The translations under genes were made by a program, and so were the position numbers. Shown one piece after another: positions 27,018 through 35,770 of a stretch of 64,000 nt of DNA. The notes below the pieces were generated by a model. That model did not search any database. It was given only the letters and a program-made list of their open reading frames with translations, and had not been told where the DNA came from. Each line of letters starts with the position of its first letter. The stretch's first letter is position 1. Source of the stretch: an uncultured Acholeplasma sp. (GTDB lineage Bacteria > Bacillota_I > Bacilli_A > Acholeplasmatales > Acholeplasmataceae); contig CAZYKH010000001.1 in NCBI GenBank assembly GCA_964648225.1, forward strand, positions 135,959 through 199,958, in the 5' to 3' direction.

Positions 27018-30000
27018 GGTCTTTTCTTCATAATAAATACAATTGACGATACTACAAATATAATACCTATGACAACCGATGATATGATGCCTATGATTTG
27101 TAAGTTATTATTGCCTTCGGGTGTTTCTTCATCCGGTATTTCTTCACCTGGTGTTTCCTCATCTGGATTTCCATCAAACATATGTGTTTCCCAAGTATGT
27201 TCTACATCTTCTGTCCAATAATGTGTACTTAAACGATTAAGTGCTTTTTGCACTAAATCATTGTTTAAGTTTAATGATTTATATGAGAATATTGAACTAC
27301 CAATAATCTCTTCATATTGAGACATATATCTTAATTGTTCTAAGAATTCGGATTCATGCGGCCAATTATTAGAGTTTTCGGCATATCGATAAAAACCTTG
27401 ACCAATGATAAGATCTACATTTGTATCTTTAACCGTATCAACCCACCAATCCACTAAATCTGCAAAGCGTGCAGTTGAATGGTTAAATGGCCAATAAAGT
27501 TGCGGAATAATATAGTGTAACCAACCTTCTTTAACCCATTTTCTAGAATCTGCAAATTGTGCTGAATAGCTTGATAATCCCATAGAATTGGACCCTAATG
27601 GATCTTGAGATTTATTACGCCAAATACCAAATGGTGAAATACCAAATTTAACATGCATATCATTAGCTTCATTATGTGCTTCAACTAAATTAAAGATATC
27701 ACGAACAAGTGTATTAACATTTTCACGTCGCCAATCTTCACGTGATAACCCATTTGGATTAAAGTTTAAGAATGCATAATCATCTTCAGTATCTAATGTA
27801 CCGGAATAACTATAGAAGTAATCATCAAAATGAATACCATCAATTGCATAGTTTTCCATAATTTCTGCAACTATATTATATAAATATTGGCGTACTGCTG
27901 GCATACCAGGGTTTAAGATGAGTGCTCCATTTGTATCTTGAATGACATAGCTTGGGTTTTGTTTAGCGAAGTTAGAATCATGAAGTAATGATAATTGTTC
28001 TTCTTTGGAGCCCCCAGTATTAGATACTCGATAAGGGTTCATCCAAGCATGTACTTCAATACCTCGCTTATGTGCTTCATCTACTACAAATTCTAATACA
28101 TCCCAACCTACACCTACACCTTCTTCACCAGATAAATATCTAGAAAACGGGGCATATGCTGATGGATAAAATGCATCATTCATTGGTCTTGTTTGGAAAA
28201 ATAAGGTATTAAATTTCAATGTTTTCATACGTTCTAAAGCATTAATGATACTCGCTTTATATGATGCTTCATCTTCATATTGTGCTATATCAATGTTCGC
28301 TACAGTCGCTAGCCAAACAGCACGTATTTCTTTCGTTTTTTCAGTATATGAAGTAGGTAATTCTACTGGTGTATCCGTTTGATAATATGTAACTTTTTGT
28401 CCATTTCTGACAACAAATTGATTATCTTCAGTCAGCGGAATACGTACACGTACACGCACATCTAAAACATCTGATTCGATACCATTTTCAGCAATCGATT
28501 TATATTCTACGCGGAAGTTTGCTGATTCTGTGAATGTAAAACTTTCAGTGTAGATTTTCCATTCAGACCAATCAATACCATTATGGATACGGTAACTAAT
28601 TGTATCTGTTTCATTTTCCGCTTCTAAAATAACTTCAACCGGCTCAATAAAGTAGCCATCTTCTTCTGTACCATTTAATATAACTGTAACCTCACCCGGT
28701 CCTTCAACAATATTAAATTGATAACTAAATATTTTTTCTTGTGGTCCATTGCGATATTCTAATGTATAGTGTCCTAGTTGTTCATATAATATAGGTTCAA
28801 CATATTGTTGCCATGCACCACCATTTACACGATATCTTGGTTCTGGTGCATTTGGATCAAACTGGATATCTACTTCTAGCCACTCGAAATTAGGGGCAAC
28901 ACCATCTCCTGCAATTTGAATAGTTGGATCTGTGTAATTTGAAACTATTTTTAAGTTTTGTTGTATAGCATTTGATTCAACACCACCAGCATCAATTGTT
29001 TTAGCAAATACTGCATAATTTCCAGTATCTGTTAAGGTGATCGGACCTTCATAAAGTTCCCAAGGCCCAATACTTCCGTGGTTAATACGGACCCAAATTT
29101 CATGATCCTGTGCTGTAATTTCAATGTGTGCACCAGATTCATAATTATCCCCTATTTTATTACCAACGATTGTAATTTCAGGGACAACAAGGTTTTCTAT
29201 TTCTGTATAAAATGTTGTAACGAGTGTTTTCGATGCAACATCATTCGTATCAATCGCTTTATAATAAAGTTCGTGTCTCCCATTTGAAATAACTTCAATA
29301 GGTTCAGTATAAGTTACCCAAGTTTCTTGATCAAAACTATATAAAATATCATGATCACTTGTAAGCGTAATTGTTACTTGTGACATAAAGCGTTGGCCAA
29401 TGAAATCACCATCAAAGCTAATAGTTGGTGCTTCAACACTACTTTCTGGTAAATCACTTAAATGATTTGTGTAAGATAATGCTCTAACACCATATGTGTA
29501 ATTTGTAGATGTATCATTAGAATCCCAAGTGATTGTGGATTGTCCATCGTTATAAATAACATCTACAATTTGACTTTGTTCATATGCTAGTGCATCATCT
29601 GTTTTATAAATATAATAAAACTTTGCATCACTGTGACCATCAAATGTCAGTTCACCAGTTGCTGCATTATGTACAACGTTTGTTACCGTTGGTACTTTAA
29701 CTGGTGTCATACTTTTTAATGGTGGTAAGACTGCGATATGATTAAAATGATTATTGCGTGCATTGGTTAAATTTGCTTGTGATGGTCTATTTAAATTTTG
29801 ACCAGCATCGCGAATCATATTATATGAATAAATTGAAAAGCCTTGAACATTTTCATAAGTACTTAATATATCTAATTGATTACTAAATTCATTAGGATTA
29901 TTACGCCAAGAATAAACATTAGATTGGGTACCAGCATCTGCTAGATAAAGACCAACACCTGAATATAGGTTTACATCTAAGTATCTAACAACTTTTTCCC

Positions 30001-31024
30001 ACCAACCCATAACATCTTCAAGACCAGCTTGAGGATGAGTGATTGCCCAATAACTTTGAGGTAGCATATAATCTAGCCATCCTTCTTTGATCCAATGTAG
30101 CGTATCGGCAAATAAATAAGATTGATAATGTTCTTGTCCACTTGTTTTAGAACCATTGGTGATTGGCATACCATTAGAATCATAAGTCACTTCACCGTTA
30201 CCGTTTCTATAAATACCGGTTGGTGAAATACCAAATTGTACATAACGATTATTATCGATGTTAAATTGTTTGATTGCTTCATGGGTTGCTTCTATAAATA
30301 AATTTATTTGTTCACGGCGCCAATTACTCTTGCCTGCAACCGTATTTGGTTGTCCTAAAGGATCTGCTAAAAATAGTGTTTGATCTGGGTCATTTAAAAT
30401 ACTACCATTACCCATTTCCATATAAAAGTAATCATCAAAATGGATAGCATCTACATTATAGTTTTCAATAATCTCTAGAATTGTATTGACCACATGTTCT
30501 CTAACCACTGGTAAGGCAGGGTTTAATATGTGTGCTGTATTTTCTTTATTAGACAAAATATTTGCGGGATTACTTTGCGGATTTTCAGTTGGCATCGTTC
30601 CTCTTTGATAAGTGGTTGAAACACGATAGGGATTTAACCAAGCATGAAATTCAATACCACGTTTATGTGCTTCATCAATGAAGTATGCCATCGGATCAAA
30701 TACATCAAAATCAACACTTGAAAACCAGCTTGCTACTGGGTTAATTTCAGATTTATATAATGCGTTATTATGTGTTCTCATATGTACGATTGCAACATTT
30801 AAATTATTAATTTCCATATTATTTAATATGGCATTGACTTCATTTTTAAATGCTTGCTCGGTGGAGTATGCCTGCATACTACCAATAAAATGTGTGATCC
30901 ATGTTGCTCTAAACTCACCTTGTTCTTCTGCAACTTCAACTTCCGGATAAGCATAAACTTTTTGATTTGGAACAAGTGTGAGTGCTAAAATACTTATCAG
31001 TAAAAACAAAACTACTTTTTTCAT
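27014..31024 (-). CDS. 1336-aa surface enzyme with two GHL10 (DUF187, YngK/YddW-DigH-like) glycosidase domains, an Fn3-like domain and Ig-like repeats between them, and a C-terminal TM anchor
   Basis: Signal peptide. GHL10 signatures occur twice (HAWLNPYRVS + AIHFDDYFY; HAWMNPYRVS + GIHFDDYFY). P/E/T-rich linker, then TM IIGIISSVVIGIIFVVSSIVFI followed by MKKRP. Confidence 0.8.
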   Translation of the reverse strand: MKKVVLFLLISILALTLVPNQKVYAYPEVEVAEEQGEFRATWITHFIGSMQAYSTEQAFKNEVNAILNNMEINNLNVAIVHMRTHNNALYKSEINPVASWFSSVDFDVFDPMAYFIDEAHKRGIEFHAWLNPYRVSTTYQRGTMPTENPQSNPANILSNKENTAHILNPALPVVREHVVNTILEIIENYNVDAIHFDDYFYMEMGNGSILNDPDQTLFLADPLGQPNTVAGKSNWRREQINLFIEATHEAIKQFNIDNNRYVQFGISPTGIYRNGNGEVTYDSNGMPITNGSKTSGQEHYQSYLFADTLHWIKEGWLDYMLPQSYWAITHPQAGLEDVMGWWEKVVRYLDVNLYSGVGLYLADAGTQSNVYSWRNNPNEFSNQLDILSTYENVQGFSIYSYNMIRDAGQNLNRPSQANLTNARNNHFNHIAVLPPLKSMTPVKVPTVTNVVHNAATGELTFDGHSDAKFYYIYKTDDALAYEQSQIVDVIYNDGQSTITWDSNDTSTNYTYGVRALSYTNHLSDLPESSVEAPTISFDGDFIGQRFMSQVTITLTSDHDILYSFDQETWVTYTEPIEVISNGRHELYYKAIDTNDVASKTLVTTFYTEIENLVVPEITIVGNKIGDNYESGAHIEITAQDHEIWVRINHGSIGPWELYEGPITLTDTGNYAVFAKTIDAGGVESNAIQQNLKIVSNYTDPTIQIAGDGVAPNFEWLEVDIQFDPNAPEPRYRVNGGAWQQYVEPILYEQLGHYTLEYRNGPQEKIFSYQFNIVEGPGEVTVILNGTEEDGYFIEPVEVILEAENETDTISYRIHNGIDWSEWKIYTESFTFTESANFRVEYKSIAENGIESDVLDVRVRVRIPLTEDNQFVVRNGQKVTYYQTDTPVELPTSYTEKTKEIRAVWLATVANIDIAQYEDEASYKASIINALERMKTLKFNTLFFQTRPMNDAFYPSAYAPFSRYLSGEEGVGVGWDVLEFVVDEAHKRGIEVHAWMNPYRVSNTGGSKEEQLSLLHDSNFAKQNPSYVIQDTNGALILNPGMPAVRQYLYNIVAEIMENYAIDGIHFDDYFYSYSGTLDTEDDYAFLNFNPNGLSREDWRRENVNTLVRDIFNLVEAHNEANDMHVKFGISPFGIWRNKSQDPLGSNSMGLSSYSAQFADSRKWVKEGWLHYIIPQLYWPFNHSTARFADLVDWWVDTVKDTNVDLIIGQGFYRYAENSNNWPHESEFLEQLRYMSQYEEIIGSSIFSYKSLNLNNDLVQKALNRLSTHYWTEDVEHTWETHMFDGNPDEETPGEEIPDEETPEGNNNLQIIGIISSVVIGIIFVVSSIVFIMKKRP
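28445..29428 (-). repeat. four tandem ~75-85-aa Ig-like repeats (chitobiase/hexosaminidase C-terminal-like) inside the 1336-aa ORF
   Basis: aa ~533-860. Each unit has the pattern (I/V)x(I/L)..., an aromatic core and a Y(K/R)xI(D/A) ending, for example ...HELYYKAIDTNDVAS, ...NYAVFAKTIDAGGVES, ...HYTLEYRNGPQEK, ...NFRVEYKSIAENGIES. Boundaries approximate. Confidence 0.5.
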
Positions 31025-32238
31025 TTGTTGTCCTTTCTATTATTGAGTAATTTTTTAACAAGGTCCATACCTTGTTTTTGCTTTTCAGGTTCAATAAATG
31101 TCTTATAAGTGAAAAACACATTACCTTGGATAGTATCAAATTGATTCGCATATTTTATTTGATTTACAATTTCATATGGGTTTGAGTAACCACCTTTTTC
31201 ACCTAAGCGATATGCACCATGGCCAATATATAAATCAACTTGAGTACCATCGCATACATTTGCCCACCATTTGGTTAAATCACCAAATGGTGCTAATTCA
31301 TGTTCAAAATCCCAATAAATTTGTGGAATAATATAATCTATGTAACCTTCTTTGACCCATAGGTAACTATCGGCATATTGATTATCAAACGATTGACTAC
31401 ATTTTGGATTAACGTTGGCTCCAAGCACATCTTTGGATTTTGTTTTCCATATACCAAATGGTGATACTCCAAAGCGTAGTTTAGGATGTTTTTCTTTAAG
31501 TGCTTCGTTTAAGTTTTTAATAACATTGGTAATTTGTGATCTTCTAAAATCACCAAGTGTTTGTGACTTATCATCTCTTCTTTCAAAGTCTTCTAAGTCA
31601 TTATCATCATCACTTAAACCAGCATATGGATAAAAGTAATCATCAAAATGAATACCATCCACATCATAGTTATCTGCTATTTCTAACATCGATTCAATAA
31701 TAAAGTCTTGAACTTGTTTTTTTGCAGGATTTAAAATGAGCTGTCTATTTTTATCAGTAACAACTAAGTCCGGATATTTTTTAGCGAAATTTAGGTCATC
31801 TAAAGTTTCTAAATATTCCATTTTAGACATATCAATTTTCATGCTCACACGATACGGATTACACCAAGCATGCACTTCAATATTTCTTTTTTTAGCTTCT
31901 TTAATGACAAAGTCTAACACATCAAATTTTGGTGCAACACCTTCTTTACCAGTTAAATATTTTGAATAGGGATTGAACTTAGATTTGTAAAAAGCATCAT
32001 TAGTTGTTCGCACTTGAAAAAATATTGCTGTCATATGATAAGCTTTTGCTGTATCTAACATTTGAATAACTTTTTGTTGATAATTAGGATCTTGTGTTGT
32101 TGGTAGATCTATGTTAAGGACATTGGATACCCAAAAAGCTCTAAATGGTTTTTCTTGATAGTTTTCGGGGATAATAATTTGTTCTTCTGTTTCGTAATAA
32201 TTTAGTGGCTTATTCGTACCAAAATATGTTAACTTCAT
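31021..32238 (-). CDS. cytoplasmic GHL10 (DUF187) family glycosidase-like protein
   Basis: 405 aa with no signal peptide. Same signatures as the other two domains: HAWCNPYRVS, GIHFDDYFY, GVSPFGIW. Confidence 0.8.
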   Translation of the reverse strand: MKLTYFGTNKPLNYYETEEQIIIPENYQEKPFRAFWVSNVLNIDLPTTQDPNYQQKVIQMLDTAKAYHMTAIFFQVRTTNDAFYKSKFNPYSKYLTGKEGVAPKFDVLDFVIKEAKKRNIEVHAWCNPYRVSMKIDMSKMEYLETLDDLNFAKKYPDLVVTDKNRQLILNPAKKQVQDFIIESMLEIADNYDVDGIHFDDYFYPYAGLSDDDNDLEDFERRDDKSQTLGDFRRSQITNVIKNLNEALKEKHPKLRFGVSPFGIWKTKSKDVLGANVNPKCSQSFDNQYADSYLWVKEGYIDYIIPQIYWDFEHELAPFGDLTKWWANVCDGTQVDLYIGHGAYRLGEKGGYSNPYEIVNQIKYANQFDTIQGNVFFTYKTFIEPEKQKQGMDLVKKLLNNRKDNK

Positions 32239-33533
32239 TTGTTATACACTCCATAGTATGTTAAATATTCTTTGTGCTTATCATATAATGCATTAAATGC
32301 ATCCTTGGTTGATTTAAATGATTTAGATAAGGGGTGAATTTGAAAAGCTAACAATGCCTTATTTAAATCTTTTTCATAAATTGCATCACATAGTAATTCT
32401 TCATATGCTTTTAAGTGTTGAACAATACCACGCACATGTAAAGGTAGTTCACCAATATGAACGGGTATTGGTCCATCTTTAGTCATGCGAGCGGTAATTT
32501 CAATAGACGTTTCATCGGGTATACCAACGATATGACCGTGGTTTACTGTATGAATGACATGGTAGTTTTTCTTGTTATTTTTAATAGAGTCCATAATTTC
32601 AACTGCGGTTTGAGCAAAACTATGATCTAAGAGCTTTTGCATGTCTTTAAAAACATTTAAAGTATTTTCATCAGCATATTTTTTATATAACAAGTCATTA
32701 AATTCAATCATTTGATTGGTTAGTATTTTTTTATTTTTTTGGTTATCTAAAAATGTTTTTGTAACGACTTCATCTTGATAATAATACTTTAAATTAGGAT
32801 GTGGATAACATCCTAAACGTTGTAGATTTTCTAAAGCCATCGGATGATTTTTTGGTAAAAATCCACCGGATAATAACTTTGGTAATTTATCTTTTCCTTT
32901 ATGATAAACTTTAAGCATAAAGGATAGTTCGCTTAAACCAGCATAATATGGGACAAGTTCATTAGGATGTGCTTTTAGTTTATCTATAACTTCCTTAGTT
33001 ATTTGATTTGGCTCATTTGATAGACCAATATAACGGTCAAACTCACTAAAACGACATACCGCTTCACTAATAATACCGGTTGGGTTTGTTGCATTAATCA
33101 CCCATGCTTTTGGGGCTAGTTCTTTAATGTCTTCGATCATTTCATAAATTACCGGAACAGTTCTTAAGGCATTAAATAACCCACCAATGCCTATCGATTC
33201 ATGACCAAGCATATTAAATTCAGCCGGTATGGTTTCGTCATAAAAACGTGCTTGCATGTGACCAACTCTAATTTGAATAAGAACAAAATCAGCATCCAAT
33301 AGACCATGTCTTTGGTTTAAGCTAGATGTAACTGAAATTGGTATGTTGTGATGTTTTAACATTCTTTGAATGAAATTGGTCATAATGTCTAAGCGTTCTT
33401 CACTTGTTTTTAAATCAATTAAAACTACTTCTGTAAATTTTAAATCATCATAATGTTTGATGATGTATTCAAATACTTCTGCTGTATTCGTTGATGCGCC
33501 ACCTAATATGGCCAGTTTTAGTTTTGTTTGCAT
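32235..33533 (-). CDS. GH4-like NAD-dependent glycosidase homologue with non-canonical metal-site residues
   Basis: 432 aa. By eye it aligns along its length to E. coli ChbF-type GH4 (KLAILGGASTNTAE, DADFVLIQIRVG, WVINATNPTGIISEA). It has IGLSNEP where GH4 has G(V/L)CN(I/V)P, and AGLSE where GH4 has GLNH. Confidence 0.75.
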   Translation of the reverse strand: MQTKLKLAILGGASTNTAEVFEYIIKHYDDLKFTEVVLIDLKTSEERLDIMTNFIQRMLKHHNIPISVTSSLNQRHGLLDADFVLIQIRVGHMQARFYDETIPAEFNMLGHESIGIGGLFNALRTVPVIYEMIEDIKELAPKAWVINATNPTGIISEAVCRFSEFDRYIGLSNEPNQITKEVIDKLKAHPNELVPYYAGLSELSFMLKVYHKGKDKLPKLLSGGFLPKNHPMALENLQRLGCYPHPNLKYYYQDEVVTKTFLDNQKNKKILTNQMIEFNDLLYKKYADENTLNVFKDMQKLLDHSFAQTAVEIMDSIKNNKKNYHVIHTVNHGHIVGIPDETSIEITARMTKDGPIPVHIGELPLHVRGIVQHLKAYEELLCDAIYEKDLNKALLAFQIHPLSKSFKSTKDAFNALYDKHKEYLTYYGVYNK

Positions 33534-33549
33534 TATATCACTTTCTTTT

Positions 33550-34698
33550 CTAGGTAAAGTATGAAACTGTACCTAACACTACATGTTTTTTAGCGCCGGT
33601 TGCGCTTGGTAAATTGGCTGTTTGTTGAAATAATGTTTGATTACCCAATACAATGAAGGCTAACGCTTCTTTATAATCACTTGATACCCCCACATCGTCA
33701 CTAGATAATACTTTAATATCTGGTAAAGATTTTTGTATAAAATTCATTAAAAATTGATTATGTACACCGCCACCAGAAATAATTAATTCATCGACTTCGT
33801 GTTTGTTTAAGATAAATTGTTTAATATTCGATATCATCGTTGATGCTGTTGCAACCGTTAAAGTATGAATGATATCTTCTGGTGCATGATTTTTGTATTT
33901 TGTCATTAAAGTTTGTGTGTATGCCCCACCAAATTGTTCTCTACCACAAGATTTTGGTGGCATTTGGTGAACAAATGGGTGCTGCATAATTTCATCATAT
34001 AACGGTAAGATGAGTTGACCTTTTTTTGCAATTTGACCACCATCATCATAAGGTTTGTTGTATAACTTTTCCATAGCATAATTAATCATCATATTGCCTG
34101 GTCCTGTATCAAATGCATAGACGTCATGTTCATTTTTCGTTTTTGGTAAATACGTAATATTAGAAATACCACCAATATTTTGTGCAATGCGTGATTTATC
34201 GCTACTTGACAATAATAGATAATCTACATAAGGTACAAGTGGTGCACCTTGTCCGCCTTGAATCATATCAGCAATTCTAAAATCAGAAACTACTGTTGTT
34301 TCTGTCAGTCCTGCAATGACTGAGCCACTACCTAATTGTAAAGTAGATGGTAATCTTGTATCTTCTATTTCGCTTTGATGGTAAACAGTTTGTCCGTGCG
34401 ATGCAATAAAGTTTAAGCTCGATGGGCTTAATTTTAATTCTTTACACAAACTGATAACACAACTTGCATAGAGCCGACCCAACTCAAAATGAAGACTCGA
34501 TACGTCTTTAACTGTTAGTTGGTCTGTCACTGCAAGTTTTACCTTTTCAAGTAACATTGGTGGATAATCAAATGTTTTACCTGCAATCATTTCTATTTTA
34601 GTTGTTAAACCAGTACCTGAGATGGTTGCTATCACTACATCAATGCCATCAAGCGATGTACCACTCATAATACCGCATGCTAACTTAGACTGATTCAT
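33550..34698 (-). CDS. anmK: anhydro-N-acetylmuramic acid kinase
   Basis: GIMSGTSLDGIDV N-terminal motif and AnmK-like length. Start moved from 34731 to ATG 34698, which has AAGAGG 8 nt upstream; the putative -10 element overlaps 34731. Confidence 0.9.
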   Translation of the reverse strand: MNQSKLACGIMSGTSLDGIDVVIATISGTGLTTKIEMIAGKTFDYPPMLLEKVKLAVTDQLTVKDVSSLHFELGRLYASCVISLCKELKLSPSSLNFIASHGQTVYHQSEIEDTRLPSTLQLGSGSVIAGLTETTVVSDFRIADMIQGGQGAPLVPYVDYLLLSSSDKSRIAQNIGGISNITYLPKTKNEHDVYAFDTGPGNMMINYAMEKLYNKPYDDGGQIAKKGQLILPLYDEIMQHPFVHQMPPKSCGREQFGGAYTQTLMTKYKNHAPEDIIHTLTVATASTMISNIKQFILNKHEVDELIISGGGVHNQFLMNFIQKSLPDIKVLSSDDVGVSSDYKEALAFIVLGNQTLFQQTANLPSATGAKKHVVLGTVSYFT

Positions 34699-34731
34699 AA
34701 TCAAAACCTCTTTAATTTGTGATATTTTCAT

Positions 34732-34760
34732 TATATAGTATTAATTTGTAAAATCTTGTA
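34732..34760 (-). promoter_or_regulatory. putative promoter of the anmK-to-amidase operon
   Basis: Minus strand TTACAA (34760..34755), 17 nt, TATATA (34737..34732). Confidence 0.45.
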
Positions 34761-34769
34761 AGCGCTTAA
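34756..34769. promoter_or_regulatory. cre-like box overlapping the anmK -35 element
   Basis: Plus strand TGTAAGCGCTTAAT, 12/14 to TGWAANCGNTNWCA, with a palindromic TAAGCGCTTA core. Confidence 0.45.
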
Positions 34770-34804
34770 TTTTTGTAAGGTTCTTTCATACTTAGAAAAT
34801 ACTT

Positions 34805-34832
34805 TTCAAAAAAACACCTTTCAAAAGGTGTT
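34805..34832 (-). terminator. rho-independent terminator of murR
   Basis: Stem AACACCTT / AAGGTGTT with a 4-nt loop, followed on the minus strand by TTTTTTTG. Confidence 0.8.
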
Positions 34833-34843
34833 TTCGTTTTTAG

Positions 34844-35689
34844 TTATCGTTTAAATTTTTTAAATGTTCGATATGTAGTTTCTAATGCTTGCACAGATCG
34901 GTCAATATCGGTATACGCACATTTTGCATACAATGCATCTATAACAGACATTTGAGAAATTCTTGATGTCATCGCTGCACTTCTAAATTCTGACTCTAAT
35001 GCCGATGTATATAATACAACATCAGATATATCTGCTAAAATACTGGAACCAATTCTAGTAATACTAATAATTGGTGTTTTATTTTCTTTGGCTAATAATG
35101 CTGAAGAAACTATTTCTTTTGTCTTACCAGAGTTTGAAACAAATATAACAACATCCTTATGATTAATAAATGATGCATCGACTAATTGATCGTGTGATTC
35201 ACCTTGTGCAATACAAAACTTATTAATACGTCTAAGTTTCATTTCCAAATCTTTACATACTAAATAACTAGAACCTTTACCAAAAATTAAAATCTTTCGA
35301 GCACTCATTATTAATTGGGCAGCTTTAGTATATGTTTTTTCATCATAAAGATTAATGGTCTCTTCTAAAGCTCTAATATTATTTTCAATTGCCTTGCGTC
35401 CACTATTTTGATCTTTAATTAAAATAACGTCTGTATACTCACTAGTTTCAGGTATTTCTACTTTAGAATTGGCTAGAATAAAGTCAATCTTAAAGTCTTT
35501 AAACCCTTTATATCCTAATTTTTTACACATTCTAACAACGGATGCAGGTGAAGTATAAGCGGCTTCAGCAATTTTTTCTACACTAAAATCTTTGATTTGA
35601 GTTTTGTTTTCAATCAAATAATCTAAAACAATGCGTTCGGCCATACTTAGTGCTTCTTTATTTTTTAGCATGTTTAACATTACACTCAT
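34844..35689 (-). CDS. murR: MurR/RpiR family transcriptional regulator (HTH_6 + SIS)
   Basis: 281 aa. N-terminal RpiR-type HTH (IAEAAYTSPASVVRMCKKLGYKGFKDFK) and a C-terminal SIS domain (ILIFGKGSSYLV). Confidence 0.85.
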   Translation of the reverse strand: MSVMLNMLKNKEALSMAERIVLDYLIENKTQIKDFSVEKIAEAAYTSPASVVRMCKKLGYKGFKDFKIDFILANSKVEIPETSEYTDVILIKDQNSGRKAIENNIRALEETINLYDEKTYTKAAQLIMSARKILIFGKGSSYLVCKDLEMKLRRINKFCIAQGESHDQLVDASFINHKDVVIFVSNSGKTKEIVSSALLAKENKTPIISITRIGSSILADISDVVLYTSALESEFRSAAMTSRISQMSVIDALYAKCAYTDIDRSVQALETTYRTFKKFKR

Positions 35690-35770
35690 TTATTCATACA
35701 CCTCGTTTTTCCTATCTATATTATATCATGAGTGTAACTGTTTTTATTTTTCACACTTTTAACTTTATGT

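Noticed and set aside
30936-31151. 71-aa minus-strand ORF spanning the junction of the two GHL10 genes
   Set aside because: It is out of frame with both real genes, which already meet in an ATGA overlap at 31021-31024, and it has no independent signals.
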